Positions 8,954 to 18,155 of a DNA stretch of 52,301 nucleotides are shown piece by piece. The stretch is from NCBI GenBank assembly GCA_015233585.1, contig JADFXL010000001.1, positions 1-52,301 of the forward strand, read 5' to 3'. Numbering within the stretch: the first letter of the stretch is position 1; each line of letters begins with the position of its first letter. Below the pieces are notes generated by a model, which worked only from the letters and a program-made list of their open reading frames with translations, was not told where the DNA came from and ran no database searches. The translations under genes and the position numbers were made by a program. The stretch is from Alphaproteobacteria bacterium. GTDB taxonomy: Bacteria; Pseudomonadota; Alphaproteobacteria; Rhodospirillales; Rhodospirillaceae.

Positions 8954-10431
8954 CCGCGATTGTTACCTTTTTGTGCCGTCAACCACGGCAGAGGATTAAT
9001 GGGTTGGCCCTCACGGCGCAACTCCACATAAAGGGTCGAATCGCCTTCGGCGTCAACCACGCCAACCGGCTCTCCGGCAACGAGGTGCTGTCCTACCCCA
9101 GTATCAATTCTGGTCATTCCAGCAAGGAGCGTATGATAGCCCTCGCCATGCTCGATTATCAAGAGCTGGCCGTAACCACGAAAATTCCCAGAGAAGACGA
9201 CCACACCGTCATAGGGCGCGATGACCTGAGCCCCCGGCCGTGTTCGGATCGTGAGTCCCTTGGAGGCCAGTCCCACGTCGTTGACCTGACCATAGCTGGT
9301 AACGATCCGCCCCCTGGCTGGCAATGGCAGAGTTCCGCGCGCCTCGCTAAACGGACGTGTCTGTTTGACCCCGACGAACGCCCCCCCGGTCTTTGGACTC
9401 GCACGGGCGGCGGCCGCCGCCTGGGCTGCCTCGGCAGTGGCTTTCCGGCGTTCCTCCTGGATGCGTTGGCTCTCGGCCTGACGCTGTTCTTCCGCCTCAG
9501 CCAGCTTTTGTTGTTCGGCTTTGCTCTGCGCCACCGCTTCGCGATCCAGAAGTTGACGGTGTTCCAGAGCAATACGGGCTTCCTCGGCCTTGCGGTGTTC
9601 CTCGGCCAGACGGCTTTCCTCGGCGAGCCGTCGCGCCTCGTTGGCGCGTTGCTCCTCGGCGGCCCGGCGCTCCGCCTCCACCCGCTTACGCCGTTCCTCT
9701 TCCAGACGAATCATCAGCTCCCGCAGATCACCAGCTTCCCGCGCCAACTCAAGCACATGGCGGGCTGCCATCTGGCTTCGGTTTTCCGCTTCCTGCTGAA
9801 GACTGGCCTTGCGGCTGAACAGCTCCGCCAGCCGCATATGTTCCTTGGCGAGCGTATCGGTGACCGTGCCGATCTGGTCCCGGCGTGCCGCGATCTCGCT
9901 GCGCAACGTGCTTAAAACTACCAATTGCCCGCGTATATCATGGGCGGATACCTTGATCTGCGGAACCGCAGCCCGCAGCAGAATGGCAGTACGAACGGTA
10001 TCCGCCGGCTTCAGGGGCTGGGCAATGAGGGCCTCGGTGGGGCGCCAGGCCAGGCGCTCCAAAGCCATCAACACCCTGGTCGTCTGTTTGCCCCGACGAG
10101 CAAGGGCCTCCCGCAAAGCCTCGCGTTTTGCTTCCAGACCGGCGAGATGCCCTTCCATCTCGGTGAGCTTGTCCTCATGTTCCTGAGCGACGGCCGCAGC
10201 TTTGACCAGTCCGCTCTTGACGGTGGTTAGCTCATCGGAAAGAGATTGCGCCTCACGTTTCAGGCGCTCCTGCTCCTGTCGCCCCGACACCATGGCCTTT
10301 TCGATATTTTGCAGGCGTGCGGCGGCTTGCGGGGATGGTTCCTCCTCCCCCGCCGCACGCCCCAAAGGTGCCGTCGTCAGCGCTAAAACGGCGACCGCGG
10401 TTATCCACTCACGCCGGAGCACGGTGCCCAT
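8950..10431 (-). CDS. Murein hydrolase activator EnvC-like (coiled coil plus M23/LytM domain)
   Basis: Signal peptide, a long Glu/Arg/Ala-rich coiled coil, and a C-terminal M23 domain (GLTIRTRPGAQVIAPYDGVVVFSGNFRGYGQLLIIEHGEGYHTLLAG). It overlaps ctpA by 4 nt. Confidence 0.78.
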   Translation of the reverse strand: MGTVLRREWITAVAVLALTTAPLGRAAGEEEPSPQAAARLQNIEKAMVSGRQEQERLKREAQSLSDELTTVKSGLVKAAAVAQEHEDKLTEMEGHLAGLEAKREALREALARRGKQTTRVLMALERLAWRPTEALIAQPLKPADTVRTAILLRAAVPQIKVSAHDIRGQLVVLSTLRSEIAARRDQIGTVTDTLAKEHMRLAELFSRKASLQQEAENRSQMAARHVLELAREAGDLRELMIRLEEERRKRVEAERRAAEEQRANEARRLAEESRLAEEHRKAEEARIALEHRQLLDREAVAQSKAEQQKLAEAEEQRQAESQRIQEERRKATAEAAQAAAAARASPKTGGAFVGVKQTRPFSEARGTLPLPARGRIVTSYGQVNDVGLASKGLTIRTRPGAQVIAPYDGVVVFSGNFRGYGQLLIIEHGEGYHTLLAGMTRIDTGVGQHLVAGEPVGVVDAEGDSTLYVELRREGQPINPLPWLTAQKGNNRG

Positions 10432-12007
10432 GATGACCGCCGCAACCGCACCCTGCCTGACGCAGCAGCGACTGCCCGGTCATTTCCTTGGGCTGAGGCA
10501 GGTTTATGAGCGTAAGCAGGGTTGGGGCGATGTCCGCCAGCCGCCCATCCGCCAACATCGAGACTCCAGGCGGCGGGTTGACGAGAACCAATGGAACCTC
10601 GCCGATGGTGTGGGCCGTATGAGGCTCGCCGGTGATCGGGTCGCGCATCATTTCGCAATTGCCATGATCGGCAGTGACCAGCATGGTGCCGCCGGAAGCC
10701 TTGACCGCCGTTTCCAGACGAGCCAGGGTGTTGTCGATGGTCTCGGCGGCCTTGATGGCGGCATCGAGCATTCCGGTATGCCCCACCATGTCGCCGTTGG
10801 CGAAATTGGCGATGATGATATCGAATTTGCCCGAGCCGATGGCCTCGACCAGTTTGTCGGTAACCACGGGCGCCGACATCTCCGGCTGGAGGTCATAGGT
10901 GGCGACCTTGGGGCTGGGGATCAGGATTCGTTCCTCGCCGGGGTAAATCTTCTCCTCGCCACCGTTAAAGAAGAAGGTGACGTGGGCGTACTTCTCGGTT
11001 TCGGCGATACGCAATTGTGTCAGCCCCCGTTCCGAAACCAGTTCGCCCAGGATGTGGGTGAGATTCTGGGGCGGGAACAGGGCTGGAAAGAAACGGTTGA
11101 GATCTTTGGAATACTCGGCCATGCCAAGCCGGGCGGCAAACGCGACCACGCGCGAGCGGGCGAATCCGTCGAAGGCGGGGTCCGCCAGCGTTTGCAGAAT
11201 TTCCCGCGCCCGATCGGAGCGGAAATTGGCCATCAGCAGGCCGTCGCCATCCTTCATCCCGGCATAGTCGCCAATCACCGCCGGCAGAACGAATTCGTCG
11301 TTCTTGCCGTCGGCATAGCTGTTGGCTATGGCGGTGATGGGATCGGGCGCGGACACCCCCTTGCCGTTCACCAGGGCCTCATAGGCCTTCTCCACCCGGT
11401 CCCAGCGCTTGTCGCGGTCCATGGCGTAGTAGCGCCCACTGACCACACCATAGCGGAGTTTGGGCACGTCCTTGACATCGCCCATGAGTTTGGCGACGAA
11501 ATCCTTGCCCGAGGCCGGCGGCGTGTCGCGCCCGTCAAGCAGCGCGTGGATCGTCACCGCCACCCCGGCGTTGCCAATGGCGCGAGCCAGTGCCACCATG
11601 TGATCCTGGTGGGAATGCACTCCGCCCGGCGAGACCAGCCCCATCAAATGACAGGTTCCGCCGCTGGCCTTCAGAGTGTTGATGAACGTCAGCAGTTCCG
11701 GCTTGGTCGCCAGGGAACCGTCCGCAGCGGCGAGGTCGACGCGCGGCAGGTCTTGCATGACCACGCGCCCGGCGCCCAAATTCATGTGCCCGACTTCCGA
11801 ATTTCCCATCTGGCCATCCGGCAGGCCAACGCTCAAACCCGAGGTCTTGATCAGACTATGGGGGCAGGTCGTCACCAGACGGTCCCAGGTTGGCGTGTTG
11901 GCCATGGCAATGGCGTTGTCGGCACGCTCCGGACGATAACCCCAGCCATCGAGGATACACAGAACGACGGGCCGCGGACGACCCGGAACATTGATATTCT
12001 TTGTCAT
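10409..12007 (-). CDS. gpmI: 2,3-bisphosphoglycerate-independent phosphoglycerate mutase
   Basis: Recognisable over the full length: VVLCILDGWG, GNSEVGHMNLGAGR, SPGGVHSH, TADHGNCE. The 3' end overlaps the envC-like start by 23 nt. Confidence 0.92.
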   Translation of the reverse strand: MTKNINVPGRPRPVVLCILDGWGYRPERADNAIAMANTPTWDRLVTTCPHSLIKTSGLSVGLPDGQMGNSEVGHMNLGAGRVVMQDLPRVDLAAADGSLATKPELLTFINTLKASGGTCHLMGLVSPGGVHSHQDHMVALARAIGNAGVAVTIHALLDGRDTPPASGKDFVAKLMGDVKDVPKLRYGVVSGRYYAMDRDKRWDRVEKAYEALVNGKGVSAPDPITAIANSYADGKNDEFVLPAVIGDYAGMKDGDGLLMANFRSDRAREILQTLADPAFDGFARSRVVAFAARLGMAEYSKDLNRFFPALFPPQNLTHILGELVSERGLTQLRIAETEKYAHVTFFFNGGEEKIYPGEERILIPSPKVATYDLQPEMSAPVVTDKLVEAIGSGKFDIIIANFANGDMVGHTGMLDAAIKAAETIDNTLARLETAVKASGGTMLVTADHGNCEMMRDPITGEPHTAHTIGEVPLVLVNPPPGVSMLADGRLADIAPTLLTLINLPQPKEMTGQSLLRQAGCGCGGHHGHRAPA

Positions 12008-12293
12008 GATAGGGTCACATTCTCCCTGATGAATTTGCCTCTATATAATCGAAAAGTCATCGCCACGCCATACGCAGTAAACACAGGAAAGCATAAAAGG
12101 CTGCGCACCTGCTGATTCGTTCTGAAGTAGAAACGGCCCACCACCGGGGGAGGTGGGTATGGTACGCTGGCGAGACGACGCCACCGTTACGGTTCATGAG
12201 TGACCAGCTCTTCACAAACGGCTTGGCCGACCCTATCTGTAATGCTATAGTTTAGAGATATTCCAGATTAACAGTTGGCACATGAGGATCATC

Positions 12294-12890
12294 ATGCCTT
12301 TCGAACTCCCCCCCCTCCCTTACGACAAGGCCGCACTTGAGCCACACATCACGGCTCGGACGCTGGAGTTTCATCATGGTAAGCACCACCAGACCTATGT
12401 CACCAACCTCAATAACCTGACCAAGGACACCCCGCTGGCGACGGCGTCGCTGGAGGAGGTCATCAAGGCATCGGCGGCCGACGTGGCCAAGGCTGGCCTG
12501 TTCAACAATGCGGCCCAGGTATGGAACCACACCTTTTTCTGGCATTGCATGAAGCCCGGCGGCGGTGGTGCCCCCACCGGCGACCTTAAGGCCAGGATTG
12601 ATGCCGCGTTCGGCTCCGTGGACAAGTTCAAGGAAGAATTCAAGGCCACCGCCGTGGGCCAGTTCGGCAGCGGCTGGGGCTGGCTGGTCCAGGAGAACGG
12701 CGCCCTCAAGATCACCAAAACCGGCGGTGCCGATACGCCTATGGTTCACGGACAGACCGCGCTGTTGACCGTGGATGTGTGGGAACACGCCTATTACCTA
12801 GATTACCAGAACCGCCGCCCGGATTTCGTGCAGGCGTTCCTGGACCATCTGGTCAATTGGGATTTCGTGGCGAAAAACTTGGCGGGATGA
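12294..12890 (+). CDS. sodB: Fe/Mn superoxide dismutase (Fe-type features)
   Basis: MPFELPPLPYDKAALEPHITARTLEFHHGKHH..., AQVWNHTFFWHCM, DVWEHAYYLDYQNRR. GAGGA lies 5 nt upstream of ATG 12294. The ORF track start at 12282 adds 4 unlikely codons. Confidence 0.9.
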   Translation: MPFELPPLPYDKAALEPHITARTLEFHHGKHHQTYVTNLNNLTKDTPLATASLEEVIKASAADVAKAGLFNNAAQVWNHTFFWHCMKPGGGGAPTGDLKARIDAAFGSVDKFKEEFKATAVGQFGSGWGWLVQENGALKITKTGGADTPMVHGQTALLTVDVWEHAYYLDYQNRRPDFVQAFLDHLVNWDFVAKNLAG

Positions 12891-12900
12891 TAGGGGGTTT

Positions 12901-13000
12901 AACCAAAAGTGGTAAGAACGAGGGCCTGAGGCCCTCGCGCTCCTCCTTTATCTTATTAACGGGGAGCGCGAGGGGCCAAGGCCCCTCGCATCTTTATCTT
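12901..13000. repeat. Family A dispersed element, copy 2
   Basis: Same architecture as 3216-3314. Hairpin 1 is cgagggcc-tga-ggccctcg. Hairpin 2 is gcgaggggcc-aa-ggcccctcgc (10-bp arms), followed by atctttatctt. It starts 11 nt after the sodB stop, between convergent gene ends. Confidence 0.7.
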
Positions 13001-13098
13001 CTGGTTGATTTTCCATCATAGGTATTTTCTGATTTATGGGGTGCCTGGGCAATTACAACATATGTGGTTTCTATCACCCTGCAATCCCGGAAGAGTCT

Positions 13099-13133
13099 AA
13101 AAAACGGGGTTCGGGGCCTTAAGACCCCTCCCC
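13099..13133 (-). terminator. Putative intrinsic terminator after the secDF / Mth938-like operon
   Basis: The minus strand reads ggggaggggtcttaaggccccgaaccccg followed by tttttt. This is a GC-rich interrupted stem plus a T6 run, starting about 5 nt after the stop at 13139. Confidence 0.5.
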
Positions 13134-13138
13134 ACACC

Positions 13139-13516
13139 TCACACCGCAATCAATGCCGCCGCCACCCGGCGATCTTCCGCCACCATCACATTGAACGTGC
13201 GACAAGCCGCGCCGGTATCCATCGGCTCCACAACGATCCCGAGTTCCTTGAACGCCCGCCGCAGTTCCGGGACGACGAGCACCAATCGCGGGCCACATCC
13301 CAGCAACAGGATCTCGGGCCTGGACACTGCTTCCGCCACTGCCGCCAGAGAGGCCCCTGAAATTGCCTCCGCCGACGCCACCGGCCACGCCGTCACCCCT
13401 TCCGGGAGCACGATAACCGACCCGACATAGACCACGCCGCCGATCCGAAAACGGCCGTCGCCATAGCTCTGGATCAACCTGCGGCCAACGGAAACAACGG
13501 GTATGATATCGGCCAT
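13139..13516 (-). CDS. Mth938-like domain protein (DUF498 / NDUFAF3-like)
   Basis: MADIIPVVSVGRRLIQSYGDGRFRIGGVVY...ILLLGCGPRL...LKELGIVVEPMDTGAACRTFNVMVAEDRRVAAALIAV is typical of this ~125-aa family. ATG 13516 is preferred over 13552, which would overlap secF. Confidence 0.7.
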   Translation of the reverse strand: MADIIPVVSVGRRLIQSYGDGRFRIGGVVYVGSVIVLPEGVTAWPVASAEAISGASLAAVAEAVSRPEILLLGCGPRLVLVVPELRRAFKELGIVVEPMDTGAACRTFNVMVAEDRRVAAALIAV

Positions 13517-13523
13517 GACGTGT

Positions 13524-14465
13524 CTACTTCGGCAGAGCCGCCTCTTCGCCACCTTCCCCGTCGATGGCTTCGCGGCGGAGGTTGAAATAGATCAGCACCG
13601 GCATCCCGATATAAATCGACGAATAGGTGCCGACGCCGATCCCCCAGATCATGGCCAGCCCGAATCCGTGCAGAACTTCGCCGCCGAGCAGATAGATCGC
13701 CACCACGGAAAGCATGGCGGTGCTGCTGGTGAGGATGGTTCGCGACAAGGTCTCGTTGGTGCTGAGGTTGAGCACGTCGATCAACGACACTTTCCGATAC
13801 TTTCGCAAGTTCTCACGCACGCGATCGTACACCACCACCGAGTCATTGATGGAATAGCCCGCGATGGTCAGCAGGGCCGCCACCGTCGTCAGATCGAATT
13901 CCAGGTGAAAAATCGAGAACAGACCCAGGGTGGTCGTCGTGTCGTGAACCAGGGCAAACATGCCGCCAAGACCATATTGCCACTCAAACCGAAACCACAA
14001 ATAGGCTCCGATACACAAAATAGCCAAGCCCAGCGCCAGAATGCCGTCGCGGACCAGTTCACCCCCCACCTTGGGACCGACCACCTCGACCCGGCGGTAT
14101 TCAATATTGGCTCCGAGCGCAGCCTTGATCTTGTTCAGAGCCGCCGTCTGCCCCTCCTCGTCCCCCCCCTGCTGACGCAAACGGATGACGACCTCATCCC
14201 CGGTCGAACCGATCCCCTGAAGCGCCACCTCGCCCAGACCCAGGCCATCGAGTGCGGTTCGCATATGGCCAAGATCGGCCACACCTTTTGTCTTGATCTC
14301 CAGCATGATACCGCCGGCAAAATCAATGCCGTAATTGAACCCGACGGTGAAGACGGAAATCAGCGAGGCGATGATGGCCAGAACAGACAGGGACAAGGCA
14401 ATGTTGCGCTTGCCAACAAAGTCGATCTTGGTGCCATAGGGCCAAAAATGGATGCCGCGAAACAT
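13524..14465 (-). CDS. secF: Protein translocase subunit SecF
   Basis: The conserved SecF sequence starts at MFRGIHFWPYGTKIDFVGKRNIAL (ATG 14465, GAGG 6 nt upstream). It continues with GIDFAGG and a C-terminal TM bundle. The 72 extra codons in the ORF track translate intergenic repeats. Confidence 0.9.
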   Translation of the reverse strand: MFRGIHFWPYGTKIDFVGKRNIALSLSVLAIIASLISVFTVGFNYGIDFAGGIMLEIKTKGVADLGHMRTALDGLGLGEVALQGIGSTGDEVVIRLRQQGGDEEGQTAALNKIKAALGANIEYRRVEVVGPKVGGELVRDGILALGLAILCIGAYLWFRFEWQYGLGGMFALVHDTTTTLGLFSIFHLEFDLTTVAALLTIAGYSINDSVVVYDRVRENLRKYRKVSLIDVLNLSTNETLSRTILTSSTAMLSVVAIYLLGGEVLHGFGLAMIWGIGVGTYSSIYIGMPVLIYFNLRREAIDGEGGEEAALPK

Positions 14466-14595
14466 GAAGTACCTCAGAGCCTGAGAATCTGGCAAGAATG
14501 CAGGGTCGCCATCCAGACCCCGCTTGAAGGCGTCACGCCGAAGGCACGCCCGCAGTGTGATGCCCCAAATACCATCATTATTAAGGCCGTTGTCC

Positions 14596-14667
14596 TTGGG
14601 GCTGTCGCCCCAAACCCCACCTGGGGCCTGAGGCCCCAGACCCCCATATGAAAAGAAGAAATGGGGG
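14596..14667. repeat. Cluster of short GC-rich hairpins (family B-like) in the secD-secF spacer
   Basis: Three hairpins: ttggggc-tgtc-gccccaa (14596-14613), ctggggcc-tga-ggccccag (14621-14639), and cccccat-N13-atggggg (14641-14667). The GGGGC-N3-6-GCCCC[AG]A motif is the same as at 21549, 37179, 37227 and 37252. Confidence 0.55.
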
Positions 14668-14701
14668 GCGGGCACCCCCATATCGGTTCATTTCCACCAC
14701 A

Positions 14702-16261
14702 TCAGACGGGCAGCGTTTGCGGTTTATAGCGGCGCACCCATAACACCACCATCAGCCGCGTCACCATCACCGCCGTGAACAACGAAGTGGTCAAGCCGGT
14801 CCCCAGCGCCACGGCAAAGCCGCGCACAGGCCCGGTGCCGAACTGGAACAACAGGATCGACGCGATCAACGTGGTGACGTTGGCATCAACGATGGTGGTA
14901 AAGGCGCGCTTGAAGCCAGCCTCCATGGCGCTCAACGGCGTGCGGCCCAGGCGGAACTCCTCGCGCATCCGTTCATAGATCAAAACGTTGGCATCCACGG
15001 CCATGCCCATGGTCAGCACCATGCCCGCGATCCCCGGAAGCGTCAGCGTCGCCCCCAGCATCGTCAACACCCCAACCAGCAAAGTCAGATTGAGGATCAG
15101 GGCCAGATCGGCGAACAAACCGAACAAGCCATAGGCCACCACCATGAACACAACCACGAGCACAAACCCCAGCACGCTGGCGACGGCTCCGGCGTGAATG
15201 GAGTCGGCTCCCAGTCCCGGACCGACGGTGCGTTCCTCCATCACCTTCAACGGTGCGGGCAGCGCCCCGGCACGCAGCAAAAGGGCAAGATCCTGAGCCG
15301 ACTGGACCGTAAAGCTGCCGGAAATAACGCCGGACCCGCCCAGAATGGGTTCGCGGATGACCGGAGCACTGATGACCTTGCCGTCCAGCACGATGGCCAT
15401 CAACTTGCCGGTGTTTTCCTGGGTAAGCCTGGCAAATTTTTTGCCGCCCAGGGTATCGAAGCGAAAACTGACCACCGGCTGGCCATCCTGGAGCGTCGGC
15501 TGGGAATCGGTCAGCATGTCGCCCCCAATCTCCACCCGCTTGCGCAGAACGTAGTGGGAGGCCTCCTTGGATTCGGCAGACGGCACCAGTTCGGAACCCG
15601 GAGGCACGTGTCCGCTCAAGGCTTCGGAGACAGGCGTATGTTCATCAACCAGATGAAGCGTCAGCTTGGCCGTTTTCCCCAGCAGCCGCTTGACCCGGTC
15701 GGGATCGTCCAGCCCCGGCAACTCGACGATGATCCGATTCGCCCCCTGGCGCTGGATCGACGGCTCGCGGGTGCCGAGTTCGTCGATGCGCCGGCGCACG
15801 ATTTCGATCGACTGCTGCACGGCCGAGTCCTGGCGGGTATGCACGGCTTCCTCGGAGTAATGCAGCCGGAAAGTTCCGCCCTCTCCTTCTTCGACCTGGA
15901 CCGTACGCTCGATGTCGTGCAGCGCCTTGCGAATCGATTCCCTGGCATCGGTATCGGTCGCTGTCACGCTGACATACCCATGCTGAATGCCAAGTCCACG
16001 ATAATTGGCGTGGGCCTGACGCAGGGCAGAACGCACGGATTCGAGCAGATTGTTAAGCTGCTCGTCCAGCACCGCCTTGACATCCACTTCCAGCAACAGA
16101 TGCGACCCGCCCTGAAGATCAAGGCCCAGGTTCACCGGCTGCCACCAACTTGGCATCTTCGCCGTAGTCTCATGACTGAGGACATTGGGCACGGCGAAGA
16201 AAATTCCCACCGAGCACAGGGCCACGACAAGAGCGATCTTCCATTTGGCGAAATAGAGCAT
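14702..16261 (-). CDS. secD: Protein translocase subunit SecD
   Basis: 519 aa. N-terminal TM segment, a large periplasmic domain (LGLDLQGGSHLLLEV) and a C-terminal 5-TM bundle (GIAGMVLTMGMAVDANVLIYERMREE). Confidence 0.92.
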   Translation of the reverse strand: MLYFAKWKIALVVALCSVGIFFAVPNVLSHETTAKMPSWWQPVNLGLDLQGGSHLLLEVDVKAVLDEQLNNLLESVRSALRQAHANYRGLGIQHGYVSVTATDTDARESIRKALHDIERTVQVEEGEGGTFRLHYSEEAVHTRQDSAVQQSIEIVRRRIDELGTREPSIQRQGANRIIVELPGLDDPDRVKRLLGKTAKLTLHLVDEHTPVSEALSGHVPPGSELVPSAESKEASHYVLRKRVEIGGDMLTDSQPTLQDGQPVVSFRFDTLGGKKFARLTQENTGKLMAIVLDGKVISAPVIREPILGGSGVISGSFTVQSAQDLALLLRAGALPAPLKVMEERTVGPGLGADSIHAGAVASVLGFVLVVVFMVVAYGLFGLFADLALILNLTLLVGVLTMLGATLTLPGIAGMVLTMGMAVDANVLIYERMREEFRLGRTPLSAMEAGFKRAFTTIVDANVTTLIASILLFQFGTGPVRGFAVALGTGLTTSLFTAVMVTRLMVVLWVRRYKPQTLPV

Positions 16262-16288
16262 GGCGCGGACGTACCCGGATTTTGGAGT

Positions 16289-16747
16289 TTATTTGCCCTT
16301 GCCGGACAACAGCTTCTTCAGACCGGCCACGACCCCGTTGTCCTCGGGTGCGGCGGGTCCAGAGTCGCTAGTCTCGCCGCCCTCCGCGTCACCCTCGGCC
16401 TCGGCCTTGTTCTTGCCCCCGCCGGCCACCGGCTCCGTTTTGGTAAGGACGGTGGCGATGGTGTCGCGAAGAACCTTGACCCGCACGTTGTCGGCGATTT
16501 CAACGATCACTTCCTGATCGTTCACCACCTTGGTGATCAGCCCCACGATACCGCCCCCGGTAACAACACGATCCCCCCGGCGGATGGCGGATAGCATTTC
16601 CCTTTGCTGCTTCACCTTCTTCTGTTGCGGGCGGATCAGCAAAAAGTAGAAGACGACAAAGATCAAAATCAGAGGCAGAAAAGATTCGATACCGCCGCCA
16701 CCGACGCCACCGGCGGCCTGTGCGTAAGCGGGAGCGATCATGGACAT
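16289..16747 (-). CDS. yajC: Preprotein translocase subunit YajC with an extended acidic/Gly tail
   Basis: FLPLILIFVVFYFLLIRPQQKKVKQQREMLSAIRRGDRVVTGGGIVG is the YajC core. AGGAG lies 8 nt upstream of ATG 16747. Confidence 0.85.
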   Translation of the reverse strand: MSMIAPAYAQAAGGVGGGGIESFLPLILIFVVFYFLLIRPQQKKVKQQREMLSAIRRGDRVVTGGGIVGLITKVVNDQEVIVEIADNVRVKVLRDTIATVLTKTEPVAGGGKNKAEAEGDAEGGETSDSGPAAPEDNGVVAGLKKLLSGKGK

Positions 16748-16906
16748 CTGGAAAACTCCTAAAAAATTCATTCCGCAAAGCCTGCCGGACTATACCGGCA
16801 ACGGTCCGACTTGCAAACTCAATCCGCTATGGCGGTCGCACAAGAAGGATCGGATTGCATAAATCGGAGGAAGATTGCGCAAAGGTTACTGATTTGCGAA
16901 ATACAC

Positions 16907-16933
16907 AAGCTACACAAACATTTTGTGTAGCTT
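16907..16933. terminator. 12-bp perfect hairpin overlapping the acyltransferase stop codon
   Basis: aagctacacaaa-cat-tttgtgtagctt, followed by ttt on the plus strand. It sits at the left edge of the AT-rich island. Its terminator function and direction are uncertain. Confidence 0.4.
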
Positions 16934-17983
16934 TTTAAGTAAAACTCTCTCTATATAAATGTGAACGACAGCCCCACCAGCAATTGATGCAATTATACTG
17001 ATAATTACTGCTATAATTAAAAAAACATGACTCGTCATGTGCGCTTTTTGCATCACGAATCCGACAAATGATACTGCAAATACATGTGTCAAATAGATTG
17101 AGTAACTTGCGTCTCCTATAAAAGTTGGCCATCCGCTCAAGCGATCGATCCAGCGTTCCTCCAATGCCAAGGTCGCCGCTAAAAGCAGCACCCCAGGTAT
17201 GCCCCATGAAATGAAGCGGGGAAAATCTCTAAAGGTATCGAGCATTGATATCCAAACTAGAAGTCCGGCAACAACAACCGCCGCATAGGCAAGTGGTATC
17301 GGGAGCCGTTTGCCCGCCAAAGTAGCCAACCCAACGATCATTCCAAAAACAAACTCAAGATTGAGTGAACCTAACAAAAAAGATCCCGCCCACCAATCCG
17401 GTGTAGAAAATAATCCAGCAAAAACAATCAGACATAGCACACTGGCAACCCAAGGAATCGGTCGCCGGCTAAATGCCAAAGCAACGGCAAAAATTATGTA
17501 GAACATCATCTCGAACGACAGCGTCCACCCCACATTCACGACTGGCCATGTGGCACCTGTCCATATGGTGCCATATGGTGGAATAAGAAAAAATGAGGCA
17601 ACAGCATACGATAAAGGAACAATAGAATGAATCGCCAGACCGGGAAAAATAAAGATAATCGCAATCTTGAGCCCTGTAACAATCCAATATAGCGGTACGA
17701 TTCGAATAATACGCCGGGTCAGGAATGCCCTCCACAATCCCGCAAGTCCCCACTGTGGGGATGTAGCCATCACCATAATAAATCCACTAATCGGAAAAAA
17801 AATATCAACCCCAAATTGCGGCCAGCTAATTGAATGCAAATTAAATGAACAATCAAGACGTTCATTCAACATTATTAAAATATGGCTAAGCACCACAAAC
17901 ATAGCAGCCACTCCCCGGAGCACCTGAACGCCCGGGAAGAAATTATTATTTCTAACGCTTATTTTGAGATGATCGCTCTCCAT
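16910..17983 (-). CDS. Acyltransferase family 3 protein (OafA/Oac-like O-acetyltransferase)
   Basis: 357 aa with about 10 TM segments. The N-terminal motif FFPGVQVLRGVAAMFVVLSHI and an FFPISGF motif are typical of Acyl_transf_3 membrane acyltransferases. The gene is AT-rich. Confidence 0.8.
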   Translation of the reverse strand: MESDHLKISVRNNNFFPGVQVLRGVAAMFVVLSHILIMLNERLDCSFNLHSISWPQFGVDIFFPISGFIMVMATSPQWGLAGLWRAFLTRRIIRIVPLYWIVTGLKIAIIFIFPGLAIHSIVPLSYAVASFFLIPPYGTIWTGATWPVVNVGWTLSFEMMFYIIFAVALAFSRRPIPWVASVLCLIVFAGLFSTPDWWAGSFLLGSLNLEFVFGMIVGLATLAGKRLPIPLAYAAVVVAGLLVWISMLDTFRDFPRFISWGIPGVLLLAATLALEERWIDRLSGWPTFIGDASYSIYLTHVFAVSFVGFVMQKAHMTSHVFLIIAVIISIIASIAGGAVVHIYIERVLLKKLHKMFV

Positions 17984-18155
17984 GAACCACTATAACCTTC
18001 CGTTAAAAAGAAGTGGGTATGAGAGCGATGGCGTCACGCCGTTAGCATGAAAATTCGCAGGCAGAAAAAATCCGAGGTCCATCCCACGCATTTCAGTTCC
18101 GTATCTCGACCCAATGTGTCCAGAAAAACGCGCGCGGTACATCTCTATCACACCA

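Noticed and set aside
10401-10408. DnaA-box-like TTATCCAC
   Set aside because: It is a single 8-mer inside the envC-like / gpmI overlap. There is no cluster of boxes and no AT-rich unwinding element nearby.
10202-12115. 637-aa plus-strand ORF
   Set aside because: It lies entirely antisense to the well-supported gpmI gene. Its product is Arg/Gly/His-rich nonsense typical of the opposite strand of high-GC genes, and no start context is evident.
14529-14540. 12-mer ggcgtcacgccg shared with 18030-18041
   Set aside because: A rough estimate gives tens of chance 12-mer matches in a 52-kb window counted on both strands. The flanks do not align.
14466-14681. 72-codon N-terminal extension of the secF ORF
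   Set aside because: The extension translates the hairpin repeats. The conserved SecF sequence and a GAGG Shine-Dalgarno point to ATG 14465.
15194-16594. 466-aa plus-strand ORF, and the similar 382-aa ORF at 13503-14651
   Set aside because: They are antisense to secD / yajC and to secF. They look like shadow ORFs created by GC-rich codon bias, with no recognisable domain.
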